IMG/VR virus record: IMGVR_UViG_3300010430_000024
Coordinates: 1 to 64,000 of that record
Reading direction: 5' to 3' (one strand)
From: a virus
Length of the DNA stretch: 64,000 bases
The translations under genes and the position numbers were made by a program. This document shows, in pieces, positions 38,755-47,477 of the stretch (within the stretch, counting starts at the first letter, position 1; each line of letters begins with the position of its first letter). A model generated the notes under the pieces. The model ran no database searches. It was not told the DNA's origin and saw only the letters and a program-made list of their open reading frames with translations.

Positions 38755-39900
38755 ATGAAACGTGGAATGTCACTTGAGAACCTTCTTACCACAGTAGTCG
38801 AGCAAAACAAGGTTAAGCGTGATTTCGTAGCTAACACCGGAGAGTCTATCTCCATGGTCGCCGCTACCGACATGCCTAACAAGGTTGCCTTGGTACTACT
38901 CAAGGAAGGTGCCTCTGAGCTGGAACGATTCTCGATCTCTGAGAATTGCCACCGTCAAATCGCAGGTCGTCTTCGGATTCCTCTGAAGCACTACTTTCGT
39001 ATGCTGGAAGATTACCGTGACCTGATCATCAATGAGGTCAATGCAATCTTCAAGCAGGAACCCCAGACACGCTTGCTGCGTACACTGGATGGAAAGGCTC
39101 GTGCCTTCTTGTCCGATAAGTACAAGGTTCTGGACAACGATCAGGTTCTGGAGCAGGTCTTGCCTCCCATAGTAAAAGGCGATATCCCTTCTCAGTTGCT
39201 GTCAGCTAACATCACAGAGAACAACATGTACATGAAAGTACTGTTCACTGATGACTCGCTGGCGCAGGACATCGGAGAGCTGGCTCGACCCTCTAACCAC
39301 ATTGGTGGTCAGGACAACGGTCAGACTCGCGACATCGTTCGCCCCGGTGCCATCATCAAGAACTCTGAGACTGGTATGGGTTCAATGGTCACTGAAGGGT
39401 TCTTCTACCGGGACTACTGCCTTAATGGTTGCGTCTACGGTGTGTCGAACATCTTCTCGACTAAGCGCATCCACCTTGGTGGAAAGCTGGTTGCTAATGG
39501 CGACTTCGAGGTCTTCTCGGACGAGACAAAACGCAAGCAGAATGAGCTGGTCATCGCTGAAGTTACTGACACGATGAAAGCCCTGACCAACCCAGAGAAC
39601 GTCCAGAAGATGGGCGATGCTTTGAGAGCTACCAAGGAAGGTACGCAGGTCGAAAATGCTTTCGCAGCTGTTGACCAGTTGGCGAAGGAAGTAGACATCC
39701 GTGACGGTGAGAAGGAGAGCGTGATCTCGAACTTCTTGCAGGATGGCGACTTCAGTCGATGGGGTATGTTGAACGCAGTCACCAAGATCGCTAACACCGA
39801 TGCTGTTGACTACGAGCGAGCTTGCGAGCTGGAGAACATCGGCTCACAACTGATCGACATGCAGATGTCTCAGTGGAACCGCATCGCGGTAGCCGCGTAA
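38755..39900 (+). CDS. DUF932-like phage protein
   Basis: LLRTLDGKARAFLSDKY..LDN, IKNSETG.GS and R..CLNG motifs. Confidence 0.7.
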   Translation: MKRGMSLENLLTTVVEQNKVKRDFVANTGESISMVAATDMPNKVALVLLKEGASELERFSISENCHRQIAGRLRIPLKHYFRMLEDYRDLIINEVNAIFKQEPQTRLLRTLDGKARAFLSDKYKVLDNDQVLEQVLPPIVKGDIPSQLLSANITENNMYMKVLFTDDSLAQDIGELARPSNHIGGQDNGQTRDIVRPGAIIKNSETGMGSMVTEGFFYRDYCLNGCVYGVSNIFSTKRIHLGGKLVANGDFEVFSDETKRKQNELVIAEVTDTMKALTNPENVQKMGDALRATKEGTQVENAFAAVDQLAKEVDIRDGEKESVISNFLQDGDFSRWGMLNAVTKIANTDAVDYERACELENIGSQLIDMQMSQWNRIAVAA

Positions 39901-39906
39901 CTGGGT

Positions 39907-39924
39907 GGGGAGGTTCGCCTCCCC
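39907..39924 (+). terminator. Hairpin/terminator copy 2
   Basis: GGGGAGG-TTCG-CCTCCCC followed by TTT. Confidence 0.6.
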
Positions 39925-39943
39925 TTTCCCTTTGGAGACGATC

Positions 39944-40960
39944 ATGAAGAAGCACCCCAAACCCGGATACCTCGGACCAGCGTTCCATCGCTATCTCGAA
40001 TACCTTGAGACGGTGGAGCACGCTGTCGTCACAGGCAAGCAGCCTAAGAAGTTTCGCAACACCACCATCACAGTGAACAACCGTCTCTGGGATTGCGGTG
40101 ATGAGGAACAGTTCGGTGAGATGATCAAGGATGCCTTTCCGGTTGATGCTGTGCTCGCTGGTGTCGTCAGGTCATCAGTCAAGTACAAGCTCACCGTTGA
40201 TACGTTCGTCCAGCTGGGCGACACATACGGGCACGAGCTTCTCAATATCTCACGCACCACACCCGTTCACCTGCCACACGAGTGGTGCACTATTATTGTT
40301 GAGGGGTTCGGCAACGACGACATCATTCTGGTTGCTCAGCGACAGACAGCAGACAACCACAAGTCTTACCCGGAGCTGGAGCTTGAGCCTGATGAACCAT
40401 TCATCTGTCTCAACATCGGAGCATATCGCTCTCGTGGCGTTGAGCTGGAGGACGGCACCACGTCACAGAACAACAAGCTAAGCTACTTCCCGGTGGAGAT
40501 ACACATGCGTGAAGGTGTTGTCGAGAAAGGCAACAAGGTTCTATACGCCATGGCAGGCAAGGCTGAACCCACCAAGCAAGGTCAGAAGATCATGGACCTC
40601 CTGTACAGGACGTTCCTGATCTGGCATCACCAGTTTCACCTTCAATCTTTACTGCGCAGTAAGAGCATCCCCGGAGCAAAGGCTTCACCCGGAAGGATGT
40701 TCCGCAGGACACAGCTGCGCAAACGAATCGATCACCCTCAGTTTGAACACACGATCATACAAGTGGAGATGGACTCACCTGAGCCATCACAGACTGGGCG
40801 CTCGATGTTCCAGCCGCACAAGCGGCTACACCAAGTCCGAGGCTTCTGGAGGCACTACAAGAAGACAGGGCGTAAAGTATGGGTCAAGCCTCACTGGCGC
40901 GGAGATGAAAAGCTCGGTGTCGTGAAGCGAGACTTTGAAATGATAATGCACGACCACTAG
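39944..40960 (+). CDS. Hypothetical protein with C-terminal HxVRGxWR...WVKPHWRG motif
   Basis: 338 aa from the RBS-supported ATG. Confidence 0.65.
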   Translation: MKKHPKPGYLGPAFHRYLEYLETVEHAVVTGKQPKKFRNTTITVNNRLWDCGDEEQFGEMIKDAFPVDAVLAGVVRSSVKYKLTVDTFVQLGDTYGHELLNISRTTPVHLPHEWCTIIVEGFGNDDIILVAQRQTADNHKSYPELELEPDEPFICLNIGAYRSRGVELEDGTTSQNNKLSYFPVEIHMREGVVEKGNKVLYAMAGKAEPTKQGQKIMDLLYRTFLIWHHQFHLQSLLRSKSIPGAKASPGRMFRRTQLRKRIDHPQFEHTIIQVEMDSPEPSQTGRSMFQPHKRLHQVRGFWRHYKKTGRKVWVKPHWRGDEKLGVVKRDFEMIMHDH

Positions 40961-40969
40961 GAGAAAACT

Positions 40970-41512
40970 ATGTCGTTATCACAAAAGCAGTATGCAACAA
41001 ACCTGCTGGACCGACTCATCAGTCTTGATGATCAGGTCACTGGAGCGTTCTATGAGATGGGTCAGATTCTGTCTGCCATCGAACACGGAAAGCTCTGGGA
41101 GATGCTTGGCTATGAGTCGTTCGCTCATCTCGTTGAAGAAGAGATGTCGTTCACCTCTGGCACCGCTGGTAAGTACTACCACACCTACCGTCACTTCAAG
41201 CGTCTGGGCTACAACAAGACAGAAGCTCTGGAGTTGATTCGCAGCTTCAGCTTCACCCGCGTAGCGGAGTGGGCTGCTAAAGCGAAGGTCAAGGTCAGCA
41301 AGCGAGCGGTCGGTAATGCGATCAAGAAGATTCTGGAGAACAAACACCAGATCAACTTCACCGTCAACAAGGACCAGTACGAGATGGTCAATCGAGTGCT
41401 ACGCGCCCATGGTGCAGAGCAAAGCGACAGTGGTCGCTGGCTGTACAGCACGGATGCCTTCGTTGATGCAATGAAGGTTGCTGATCGACCGAAGCTCAAA
41501 GCAGTGAGCTAA
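40970..41512 (+). CDS. Hypothetical protein
   Basis: 180 aa; YEMG..L..I....LW..LGY.SF motif. Confidence 0.65.
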   Translation: MSLSQKQYATNLLDRLISLDDQVTGAFYEMGQILSAIEHGKLWEMLGYESFAHLVEEEMSFTSGTAGKYYHTYRHFKRLGYNKTEALELIRSFSFTRVAEWAAKAKVKVSKRAVGNAIKKILENKHQINFTVNKDQYEMVNRVLRAHGAEQSDSGRWLYSTDAFVDAMKVADRPKLKAVS

Positions 41513-41513
41513 T

Positions 41514-41546
41514 AAAAAAGGGACCACCAGAATAGGTGGTCCCTTT
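41514..41546. terminator. Terminator between convergent operons, probably bidirectional
   Basis: AAAAAAGGGACCACC-AGAATA-GGTGGTCCCTTT. Confidence 0.75.
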
Positions 41547-41596
41547 CCATTGCACTTTGGAGAATAACAATGTGCCCCATTAGGAAGGCACAACCA

Positions 41597-41956
41597 CTAT
41601 CTCACAATCTCAATCTCAATTCCATTCTCAGCCTCAACCATGGCGATCTTCAAGGTGCCCAGTGGCGTGTCAAAGCCCTTCACATCTTCGTAGCGCATCC
41701 TTCGCTCTTCGTTGTCCCAGTACTTGAAGTCCACCACGTAGTAACGCTGCCGCTTGTTCCTGCCCATCACTGGCTTGCCACCACAGGCGAGGTTCATCTT
41801 TACCTGACACTGTAGCTCGCGAATCACTCCAGCCTTCTCCATGAGAGCCAGTTCCTGATAGCGCTCGAACTCCCTGATGGAGTCGAACGTCATGCCACCC
41901 CATTCGACCTTTTTGTTTCGGTACTTGGCTGGCTTTTTCGGTTTGTCTCTTCCCAC
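41597..41956 (-). CDS. DUF1064-type PD-(D/E)xK nuclease
   Basis: KYRNKK....G.TFDS..E..RY.EL...YVVDF.Y...EDVKG; probable GTG start at 41956. Confidence 0.8.
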   Translation of the reverse strand: MGRDKPKKPAKYRNKKVEWGGMTFDSIREFERYQELALMEKAGVIRELQCQVKMNLACGGKPVMGRNKRQRYYVVDFKYWDNEERRMRYEDVKGFDTPLGTLKIAMVEAENGIEIEIVR

Positions 41957-42282
41957 CGTACTGCCTCTGCGAAGATGTTGTATGGAAGCTGGTCGTTTAC
42001 CCATATCAGATGATCCCATTGTCTGCCGAATTGTGATTCCCATGTCTCTACTCCCATGCCTGAGTCGATGCCCATGTCGCCTATGTGATAGTCGTCCTTC
42101 AGTGGTATCTGAAGGAACGGGTTTTGTTTCTGTGCGACACCAACGTGCCAACCCATCTCCTTCATGGACCCACCATGACAGTGATGCAAAGTTATGAATG
42201 GACTACGTGAGACCGCACAACGCAGCTCACGCAGGCTCTTCTCGTGTTTGCTCACCGCTATCTGTTGGTGGAGTGTTGTCAA
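41890..42282 (-). CDS. Ref/DUF968-like HNH-type nuclease
   Basis: LRELRCAVS...LHH...IPL...H.G..GI....WE..FG pattern. Confidence 0.6.
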   Translation of the reverse strand: MTTLHQQIAVSKHEKSLRELRCAVSRSPFITLHHCHGGSMKEMGWHVGVAQKQNPFLQIPLKDDYHIGDMGIDSGMGVETWESQFGRQWDHLIWVNDQLPYNIFAEAVRWEETNRKSQPSTETKRSNGVA

Positions 42283-42763
42283 ACAGCACCTGTATAGGTT
42301 TTAGACTTTCAACTGGAAGGCTCAACCTTGGTCCATACCCAAAGTCACGTGTCTCGCTTTTTTTCGCGAACTCTTTTCGATGGATGCACCCAAGTATCTT
42401 TACCTTTGTTGGCGATAGTGCCTGACAACAAATGCCAACCGGAGCAGTGAAGCACTCCATGTTGTCCATCAGGTAGTGCGGGTTTGGTCCGGTGAACGCT
42501 ATCGTCTTTACATGGCAAGGCCACCCATTGATAACAATGTCTATACCATCGTCTCCACCGACATGGACATCCATATTTAGCGGCACATCGTACTCCTTGT
42601 GCAGCGCGAACTCACCCATGCTACCGAGATACTGTAGCTCAAACTCACCACGATCTTTTGCGTATTTTTTACTCTTCACCCGCAGCGCTCGCTTCACACA
42701 CCTCTGCCGCTCTGAGAACAGCGCTATGAACTGAAGATCAAACGCCGTCAGGTCAACTATCAA
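42227..42763 (-). CDS. Hypothetical protein with PD-(D/E)xK-like motif
   Basis: G.MGE.A...DDGID......HVKT. Confidence 0.5.
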   Translation of the reverse strand: MIVDLTAFDLQFIALFSERQRCVKRALRVKSKKYAKDRGEFELQYLGSMGEFALHKEYDVPLNMDVHVGGDDGIDIVINGWPCHVKTIAFTGPNPHYLMDNMECFTAPVGICCQALSPTKVKILGCIHRKEFAKKSETRDFGYGPRLSLPVESLKPIQVLFDNTPPTDSGEQTREEPA

Positions 42764-43443
42764 AACGGTGCCTCATAAACTTCGCTGTACCACTTCTGAT
42801 ACGGCTCCAGTATGTCCTGAACAAAACGGTTAGCCACAATGCTGTCGTGGTCAAGGTCAGCCCTACTGTTGATACCCAGTTCCTGATACATCCATAGCTT
42901 CGCAACATCTTCTCCCATGACTGGCGTTGACAGTATGTCGTCCTTCTTGTTGACCCACTCCCAGAACTCAGCGCTGCGACAGAACATAGCGGCGACATTC
43001 GATAGCTTCTGCTTCCCAGTGTCGTGCTGCTTCTCCACCCTGTCACGCATCTTGGGGTCGATCACCTCCTGATCGTCGTCCAGCTCGAACAGGGAGATCA
43101 GCAGGGCCGTCTTCCTGTTCATCCCCTCGAACGGATGACCCATGCCATCGTTGGCGATCCAGAACTTCGCGGTATGTCCGTTCTGCTGGCTGTCGTTCCA
43201 GCCTGCCAGCATCACCTCATCTTCGTACAAGGCGTGTCTGACTGCTCCTGCCGTGTGGCACGCCATCATGAACCGAGTCCCGGCCTTACCCTTGCGGCGC
43301 TTTGTGTACGCATGGAATGGGTTCCGCTTGTCCTCGGCCTTGTCGTTCATCGGTAGCTTGAACGTCACCGTAGAGCCTGTCTCGTCGCCCCACGCGGCAC
43401 TGTGCATTGTTACCTGTGCGCTGTATGAAATCATGGTGCCCAC
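42760..43443 (-). CDS. Hypothetical replication-module protein
   Basis: 227 aa; C-terminal GINSRADLD motif. Confidence 0.6.
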   Translation of the reverse strand: MGTMISYSAQVTMHSAAWGDETGSTVTFKLPMNDKAEDKRNPFHAYTKRRKGKAGTRFMMACHTAGAVRHALYEDEVMLAGWNDSQQNGHTAKFWIANDGMGHPFEGMNRKTALLISLFELDDDQEVIDPKMRDRVEKQHDTGKQKLSNVAAMFCRSAEFWEWVNKKDDILSTPVMGEDVAKLWMYQELGINSRADLDHDSIVANRFVQDILEPYQKWYSEVYEAPF

Positions 43444-44384
43444 CTCATTAGTGCTGCTGGTCGCAACCCCTCCATGTCCTCATGGAGAGAGTCAACCATA
43501 TCTGTGTCTATTGCCTCTGGCATTATCACGACGGTCTCGACCTTCAGCTTCTGCTTCATGGTCTTGGCGCAGGTAAAGGCAGCAGCCTGACCAGTGAACG
43601 ATGCGTCGTTGTCTGCCGCGATGATCACCTTCGTCACATGCCGTGGGATCGACTTGAACTCTGCCAGCCCGTGTGCGCTGATCGTCGCCCATGCTGGATG
43701 ACCAGTGAGCGACCATGCTGCCAGTGCGGTCTCGATTCCTTCTGCCAGCACGAGCGTATCCTCCGGCTCACCAAGGCGCACACAGGCTCCTGTGATGCTC
43801 TCCAGAGTGGGCATGATCTTCTTCTCTTTGCCGTCTGGTGTCAGGTATGTGCGGTGTATTGATACTGGCTCGCCCTTCGGGTTGCGGATAAGTCCCAGCA
43901 TCGCGTTGTAGGTTCCTTTGTGCGCCTTGCCGTCATACAGGTCCAACTTCTCGATGCCCCTGATATCCTTGCCAACCTGATCAACGATCTCCGATGGGAT
44001 GCCACGACCAACCAGATAGTTATAGGCATAGAATGGCTCATTCGCGTTTGACCATGTGACGTTCAGGTTTTTCCTGCGCCTGTCGATATCAACGTCAGGC
44101 TTGAATGGCTTCTCTTCGACGTTATTCACAACCTCATCCACACGCCGTGCGGCTTCGGAAAAGTCGATGCCCAGCGTTTCCATGATGAGCTTAAACCCAT
44201 CTCCTGTACCACAGTGATTGCAGAACCAGTCACCATCGTTCCGATTGTTATCGAACCTGTAACGGTCAGTGCCTCCGCATATAGGACATGATGTGTGCCG
44301 TCTACTGACGGCTGATTCACCAACAAGTTGTGTGATGATGCCATCCCACTTACCCTTGGCTGCTTGCTTGGTTGTCATTCTCAT
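43431..44384 (-). CDS. DNA primase (Zn-binding + TOPRIM)
   Basis: HTSCPICGGTDRYRFD...WFCNHCGTGDG; AEGIETALA; IIAADND. Confidence 0.9.
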   Translation of the reverse strand: MRMTTKQAAKGKWDGIITQLVGESAVSRRHTSCPICGGTDRYRFDNNRNDGDWFCNHCGTGDGFKLIMETLGIDFSEAARRVDEVVNNVEEKPFKPDVDIDRRRKNLNVTWSNANEPFYAYNYLVGRGIPSEIVDQVGKDIRGIEKLDLYDGKAHKGTYNAMLGLIRNPKGEPVSIHRTYLTPDGKEKKIMPTLESITGACVRLGEPEDTLVLAEGIETALAAWSLTGHPAWATISAHGLAEFKSIPRHVTKVIIAADNDASFTGQAAAFTCAKTMKQKLKVETVVIMPEAIDTDMVDSLHEDMEGLRPAALMRWAP

Positions 44385-45909
44385 TCTGTTTCTCCATCGC
44401 TTTTGCGTATCTTATATCCATGCCCCGGCACCATGACTTCACCTCTGGTGCTGGTTCTTCGAGCGGCACTTTTGAAAAGTCATTGTCAGGCCACACGCCC
44501 ATTTTCTTTTTGTATTTATGTGCCGCCCAGCCCTCTACTTTTTTCACCTTCGGCTTCTTTGTTCCAATCGCCAGTAGCGACCTGTACCACAGCTCACGTT
44601 CCTCTGGTGTGAACTTACGCTCCTTGGCTGTGCGTCGTGATTCTGCTCTGACCTCCATCAGGTCACCAGAGCGTGACTCTACGTACCTGCCCTTCTTCTC
44701 TGGGATATGACCACAGGTCGGACACGGCAGTTGCCGGGTGTACACCGTCGCACACATGACGCATGTGATAGGCTTCTTGTCATCTAAATCCTTTTGTCGT
44801 TCAGCTGGAGTTGATATGAGAGCGCGACCCTCTTCGAGCAGCCACCTGTGGTTATCTTGGATGAAACCGTGTTCGTAGACGTTACCGCTATGGTCGATGA
44901 TGCGGGAGTCTTTCTTGTTTGTGGATTCGCAAGTTCGGAGCGTCCTACCGCCCATCTGAATATAGAGGCCCAAGTGCTTTGTCGGACGAGCGAGAACACA
45001 GGCACTCAGGCTGGGTTCATCGAACCCCTCGGTGAGTACCCCGTAGTTGCAGACAACCTGTACCTTGCCTACCTTCAGGTCGTACACCAGCTGCTTCCGT
45101 TCAGGCAGCGGCGTATCTCCATCCACGTGCGCCACCGCAACCCCTGCTTTATGGAACTCGTCGCGCAAGTTAATCGAATGTTTGACCCCGCTCGCAAACA
45201 CTACAGTTGGCCTGTCATGAGCAAGCCTGTACCAGTGTTCAACAATGTCACCAACCAATGAGCGCTGATTCATTTTCGCTTCGAGGTCAGCCGGGTCATA
45301 GTCACCACCACGAACCTTCACTCCAGTCAGGTCGAGAATGGTCGGCGCGAAGGTGATGGGTTGAACCAGATACCCGTTGTCGATCATCCACTGGGTACTG
45401 GGACCGAGCACCATGTAATCGTACACGTGACCCAGACCCTTGCCGTCTCCGCGAATGGGTGTAGCGGTCAATCCTATAACGACACTTTCACCGTAGTGGT
45501 TGATGAGTGTGATGTAGGTCGGTGCGAGAGAGCGGTGAGCTTCATCAACGATAACTATGTCAGAGTCAGGGAAGGGCAGCTTGTCCGTTGTGATACATCT
45601 GGCAGCGATAGTCTGGACACTGGCGACTTGGCAATCCGCTGCGCCATATGGATATTCGCCAGCCATGAGAATCCCATGGTCCACTCCGAAGTTTTCGAGC
45701 TTGTCAGCACACTGGTAAATAAGCTCGCGGCGATGGGCGAGGAACTGGGAACGACGACCCTTCTGCGCGGCAAGTTTTACGATCTGTGCTGCTATGACAG
45801 TCTTGCCCCCACCAGTAGGGACGACCACGAGAATCTTCCGGTGTCCAGCGGCAATCGCCTGTCTCACCTGATTGATGATGTCGTTCTGGTAGTCGCGAAG
45901 GACGAACAC
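44350..45909 (-). CDS. Superfamily 2 (DExH) helicase
   Basis: LRDYQ, PTGGGKT, DEAH, LTATP, EGFD, QMGGR and a C-terminal Zn finger. Confidence 0.92.
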   Translation of the reverse strand: MFVLRDYQNDIINQVRQAIAAGHRKILVVVPTGGGKTVIAAQIVKLAAQKGRRSQFLAHRRELIYQCADKLENFGVDHGILMAGEYPYGAADCQVASVQTIAARCITTDKLPFPDSDIVIVDEAHRSLAPTYITLINHYGESVVIGLTATPIRGDGKGLGHVYDYMVLGPSTQWMIDNGYLVQPITFAPTILDLTGVKVRGGDYDPADLEAKMNQRSLVGDIVEHWYRLAHDRPTVVFASGVKHSINLRDEFHKAGVAVAHVDGDTPLPERKQLVYDLKVGKVQVVCNYGVLTEGFDEPSLSACVLARPTKHLGLYIQMGGRTLRTCESTNKKDSRIIDHSGNVYEHGFIQDNHRWLLEEGRALISTPAERQKDLDDKKPITCVMCATVYTRQLPCPTCGHIPEKKGRYVESRSGDLMEVRAESRRTAKERKFTPEERELWYRSLLAIGTKKPKVKKVEGWAAHKYKKKMGVWPDNDFSKVPLEEPAPEVKSWCRGMDIRYAKAMEKQNENDNQASSQG

Positions 45910-46298
45910 TAAAACGTATCCTCTGATTTACGCGCACGGTAAGCTCGCTTCTGTTCTGCCCAGTGTGCGCGTAACGACTCCATGTTTTTCGCATTCGCAT
46001 ACTTCTCGTAGTTGGTAATTCTCCAGCCCCACTCTCGATGCTCATCCAACCGCACGATGCGACGACCATCCTGACCATCGGTTCTACTTGTCGGGTCATC
46101 TTCCTCAAGGGCTTTGATGCCCTTCTCAAATATCTCTTTGGGGATTGTGGTGCGATGAGATAGTGCGGTCGGGGTCATGTCCACGATGCCGTGCTTGTCT
46201 GCAAAGGTGATTAGAACCATGAAGGTGACGACTGCTTCCCAGCGAGTCTCTACCAGTGAGCCGTCGAACATCGACTCCCAAACTTTCCCGTATGCCAT
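45909..46298 (-). CDS. Replication-initiator-like N-terminal domain protein
   Basis: YGKVWESMFDGSL...ADKHGIV...D..SRT..QDGRRI....GW.ITNYEKY...QKRAYR. Confidence 0.55.
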   Translation of the reverse strand: MAYGKVWESMFDGSLVETRWEAVVTFMVLITFADKHGIVDMTPTALSHRTTIPKEIFEKGIKALEEDDPTSRTDGQDGRRIVRLDEHREWGWRITNYEKYANAKNMESLRAHWAEQKRAYRARKSEDTF

Positions 46299-46350
46299 TG
46301 CTTCCCTTCTTAGTATTAACAGTATTGCTAATCATTGGTGGGTAGGGTTT

Positions 46351-46432
46351 ATCTACATCTACATCTACATCTATATCTACATGTACAAATGTCCGTAGAC
46401 AGTCCACAGACAATAGCAACTGTCCATAGACA
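46351..46432. repeat. Candidate replication-origin repeats
   Basis: ATCTAC x5 (one variant) at 46351-46380; GTCCRYAGACA x3 at 46391, 46402 and 46422. Confidence 0.55.
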
Positions 46433-46434
46433 GG

Positions 46435-46689
46435 TCAAGCAGGAAAGATGTCGGTAATACTGAGGGGATAGTCGTTGCGGCTTGCGATCTCGATGATCTT
46501 GAGTGCGGCTGGTCCACGTGGTTTTGACTTGCCTGCCTCCCAGACCCGGAGCGTGTCGATCTTGGCTTCTATCAGGTCAGCAAACTCTGGTCGGTCCATT
46601 CTGAGTTCTTCACGGAAGCGTCGAATCACATTCTGGTGGGGAGGTGTCGCGTCCGGTCTCTCGTTGGGACCAAAGGAATTTGCCATCAC
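46435..46689 (-). CDS. XRE/Cro-like HTH regulator
   Basis: IRRFREELRMDRPEFADLIEAKIDTLRVWEAGKSKP. Confidence 0.85.
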   Translation of the reverse strand: MMANSFGPNERPDATPPHQNVIRRFREELRMDRPEFADLIEAKIDTLRVWEAGKSKPRGPAALKIIEIASRNDYPLSITDIFPA

Positions 46690-46739
46690 GGTGTTCTCGT
46701 TTGTGTTATCAGGAAGGGTGATTATCTTACCACTGAGTG

Positions 46740-46767
46740 TTGACTTTCACCAGCGCGAGAGTATCAT
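46740..46767 (+). promoter_or_regulatory. Promoter of the Y-RNA array
   Basis: TTGACT-16 nt-TATCAT; predicted +1 coincides with G46774, the start of unit 1. Confidence 0.7.
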
Positions 46768-46773
46768 GCTTTC

Positions 46774-46866
46774 GCCTGAGCCGAATGCTCGTCGGTTATC
46801 CGAGCCAAACCTTCGGACGTAACCGCGAAAGCGGTCGTCAATCCGACAGCAACAACATGTTCAGGC
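46774..46866 (+). ncRNA. Y-like RNA unit 1
   Basis: GCCTGAGC(C)GA / CATGTTCAGGC stem; GTCGG-TTATC...CCGAC; internal CCGC-GAAA-GCGG hairpin. Confidence 0.75.
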
Positions 46867-46869
46867 TAA

Positions 46870-46969
46870 GCGGGATGCCAGTGGTGGCATTGCTCCATCG
46901 TCTACACCATGCTCGACAGCGAGCCGACTGAGGATGGTTATCATAGTTCGATTCTATAATCCCGCTCCA
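46870..46969 (+). ncRNA. Unit 2: tRNA-ended RNA with a permuted Ro-binding helix replacing the anticodon arm
   Basis: GCGGGAT/ATCCCGC-T-CCA; D arm GCC-AGTGGT-GGC; T arm ATAG-TTCGATT-CTAT; CATGCTCG-ACAG-CGAGCCGA followed by GGTTATC. Confidence 0.75.
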
Positions 46970-47008
46970 ATTTTGACACGTTGCGAAGCGACGTGGTGAT
47001 ACAAGTTT

Positions 47009-47090
47009 TGTGGACCGAAGATCAATCGTTATCTGTTGAGTGCGAAAAGCGCTTCTTGGAAATACCTCGGTTGCTCATACCATGTCCACA
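47009..47090 (+). ncRNA. Y-like RNA unit 3
   Basis: TGTGGAC(C)GA / CATGTCCACA; CAATCG-TTATC...CGGTTG. Confidence 0.75.
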
Positions 47091-47099
47091 TTTAAGTTT

Positions 47100-47180
47100 T
47101 GCGAGCCGATGAGTAAGAGCGTTACCCAACCTGTTAAGTTGATGGCGAAAGCCACACCGCTCTCTCGCAACATGTTCGCA
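47100..47180 (+). ncRNA. Y-like RNA unit 4 with Asn-type anticodon hairpin
   Basis: TGCGAGC(C)GA / CATGTTCGCA; AGAGCG-TTACC...CGCTCT; CAAC-CTGTTAA-GTTG. Confidence 0.75.
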
Positions 47181-47188
47181 TTTAAGTT

Positions 47189-47335
47189 TTTAGGACCGGA
47201 TGGATTGAAGGTTATCTTCTGAAAAGAGTAGGTCACTGGTTCGATTCCAGTTGCGCACCCTACAATGGTGCGTATAGCTCAGCTGGCAGAGCAACTTGCC
47301 GTAAGGCATCTCCTTCGCCAACAACATGTCCTAAA
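47189..47335 (+). ncRNA. yrlA: YrlA-type Y RNA (permuted tRNA-like domain), unit 5
   Basis: TTTAGGAC(C)GG / CATGTCCTAAA; T arm ACTGG-TTCGATT-CCAGT; loop-closed acceptor TGCGCACC/GGTGCGTA; D arm GCTC-AGCTGGCA-GAGC; adjacent to Ro60. Confidence 0.88.
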
Positions 47336-47341
47336 TTTAGT

Positions 47342-47369
47342 TTGACTTCCTATGTCAGTTGTGTACAAT
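47342..47369 (+). promoter_or_regulatory. Promoter for the Ro60 leader/mRNA
   Basis: TTGACT-16 nt-TACAAT. Confidence 0.7.
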
Positions 47370-47477
47370 CGCCTTTCGGTTGTTCAACAACATGCTCGAC
47401 AGCCCCACAACCGGGCGCAGCTGCGTAGCTGCTTTTATTCGAGCCGAGGAAGAATCGTTATCTATGATGAAGAGGCG
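47370..47477 (+). ncRNA. Unit 6: circularly permuted Y-like element in the Ro leader
   Basis: 3'-type strand CAACAACATGCTCGA precedes 5'-type strand TCGAGCCGA...AATCGTTATC. Confidence 0.65.

Noticed and set aside
46126-46419. 97-aa ORF with DVDVDVD
   Set aside because: Overlaps the better-supported 45909-46298 gene in another frame and derives from the hexamer repeat.
46737-47222. Short ORFs 46737-46931 and 47040-47222
   Set aside because: No RBS or protein features; they overlap covarying RNA structures.
47216-47292. Ordinary tRNA-Phe gene
   Set aside because: Arm order is anticodon, T, acceptor, D, with the acceptor closed by a loop, so it is YrlA-like rather than a standard tRNA.
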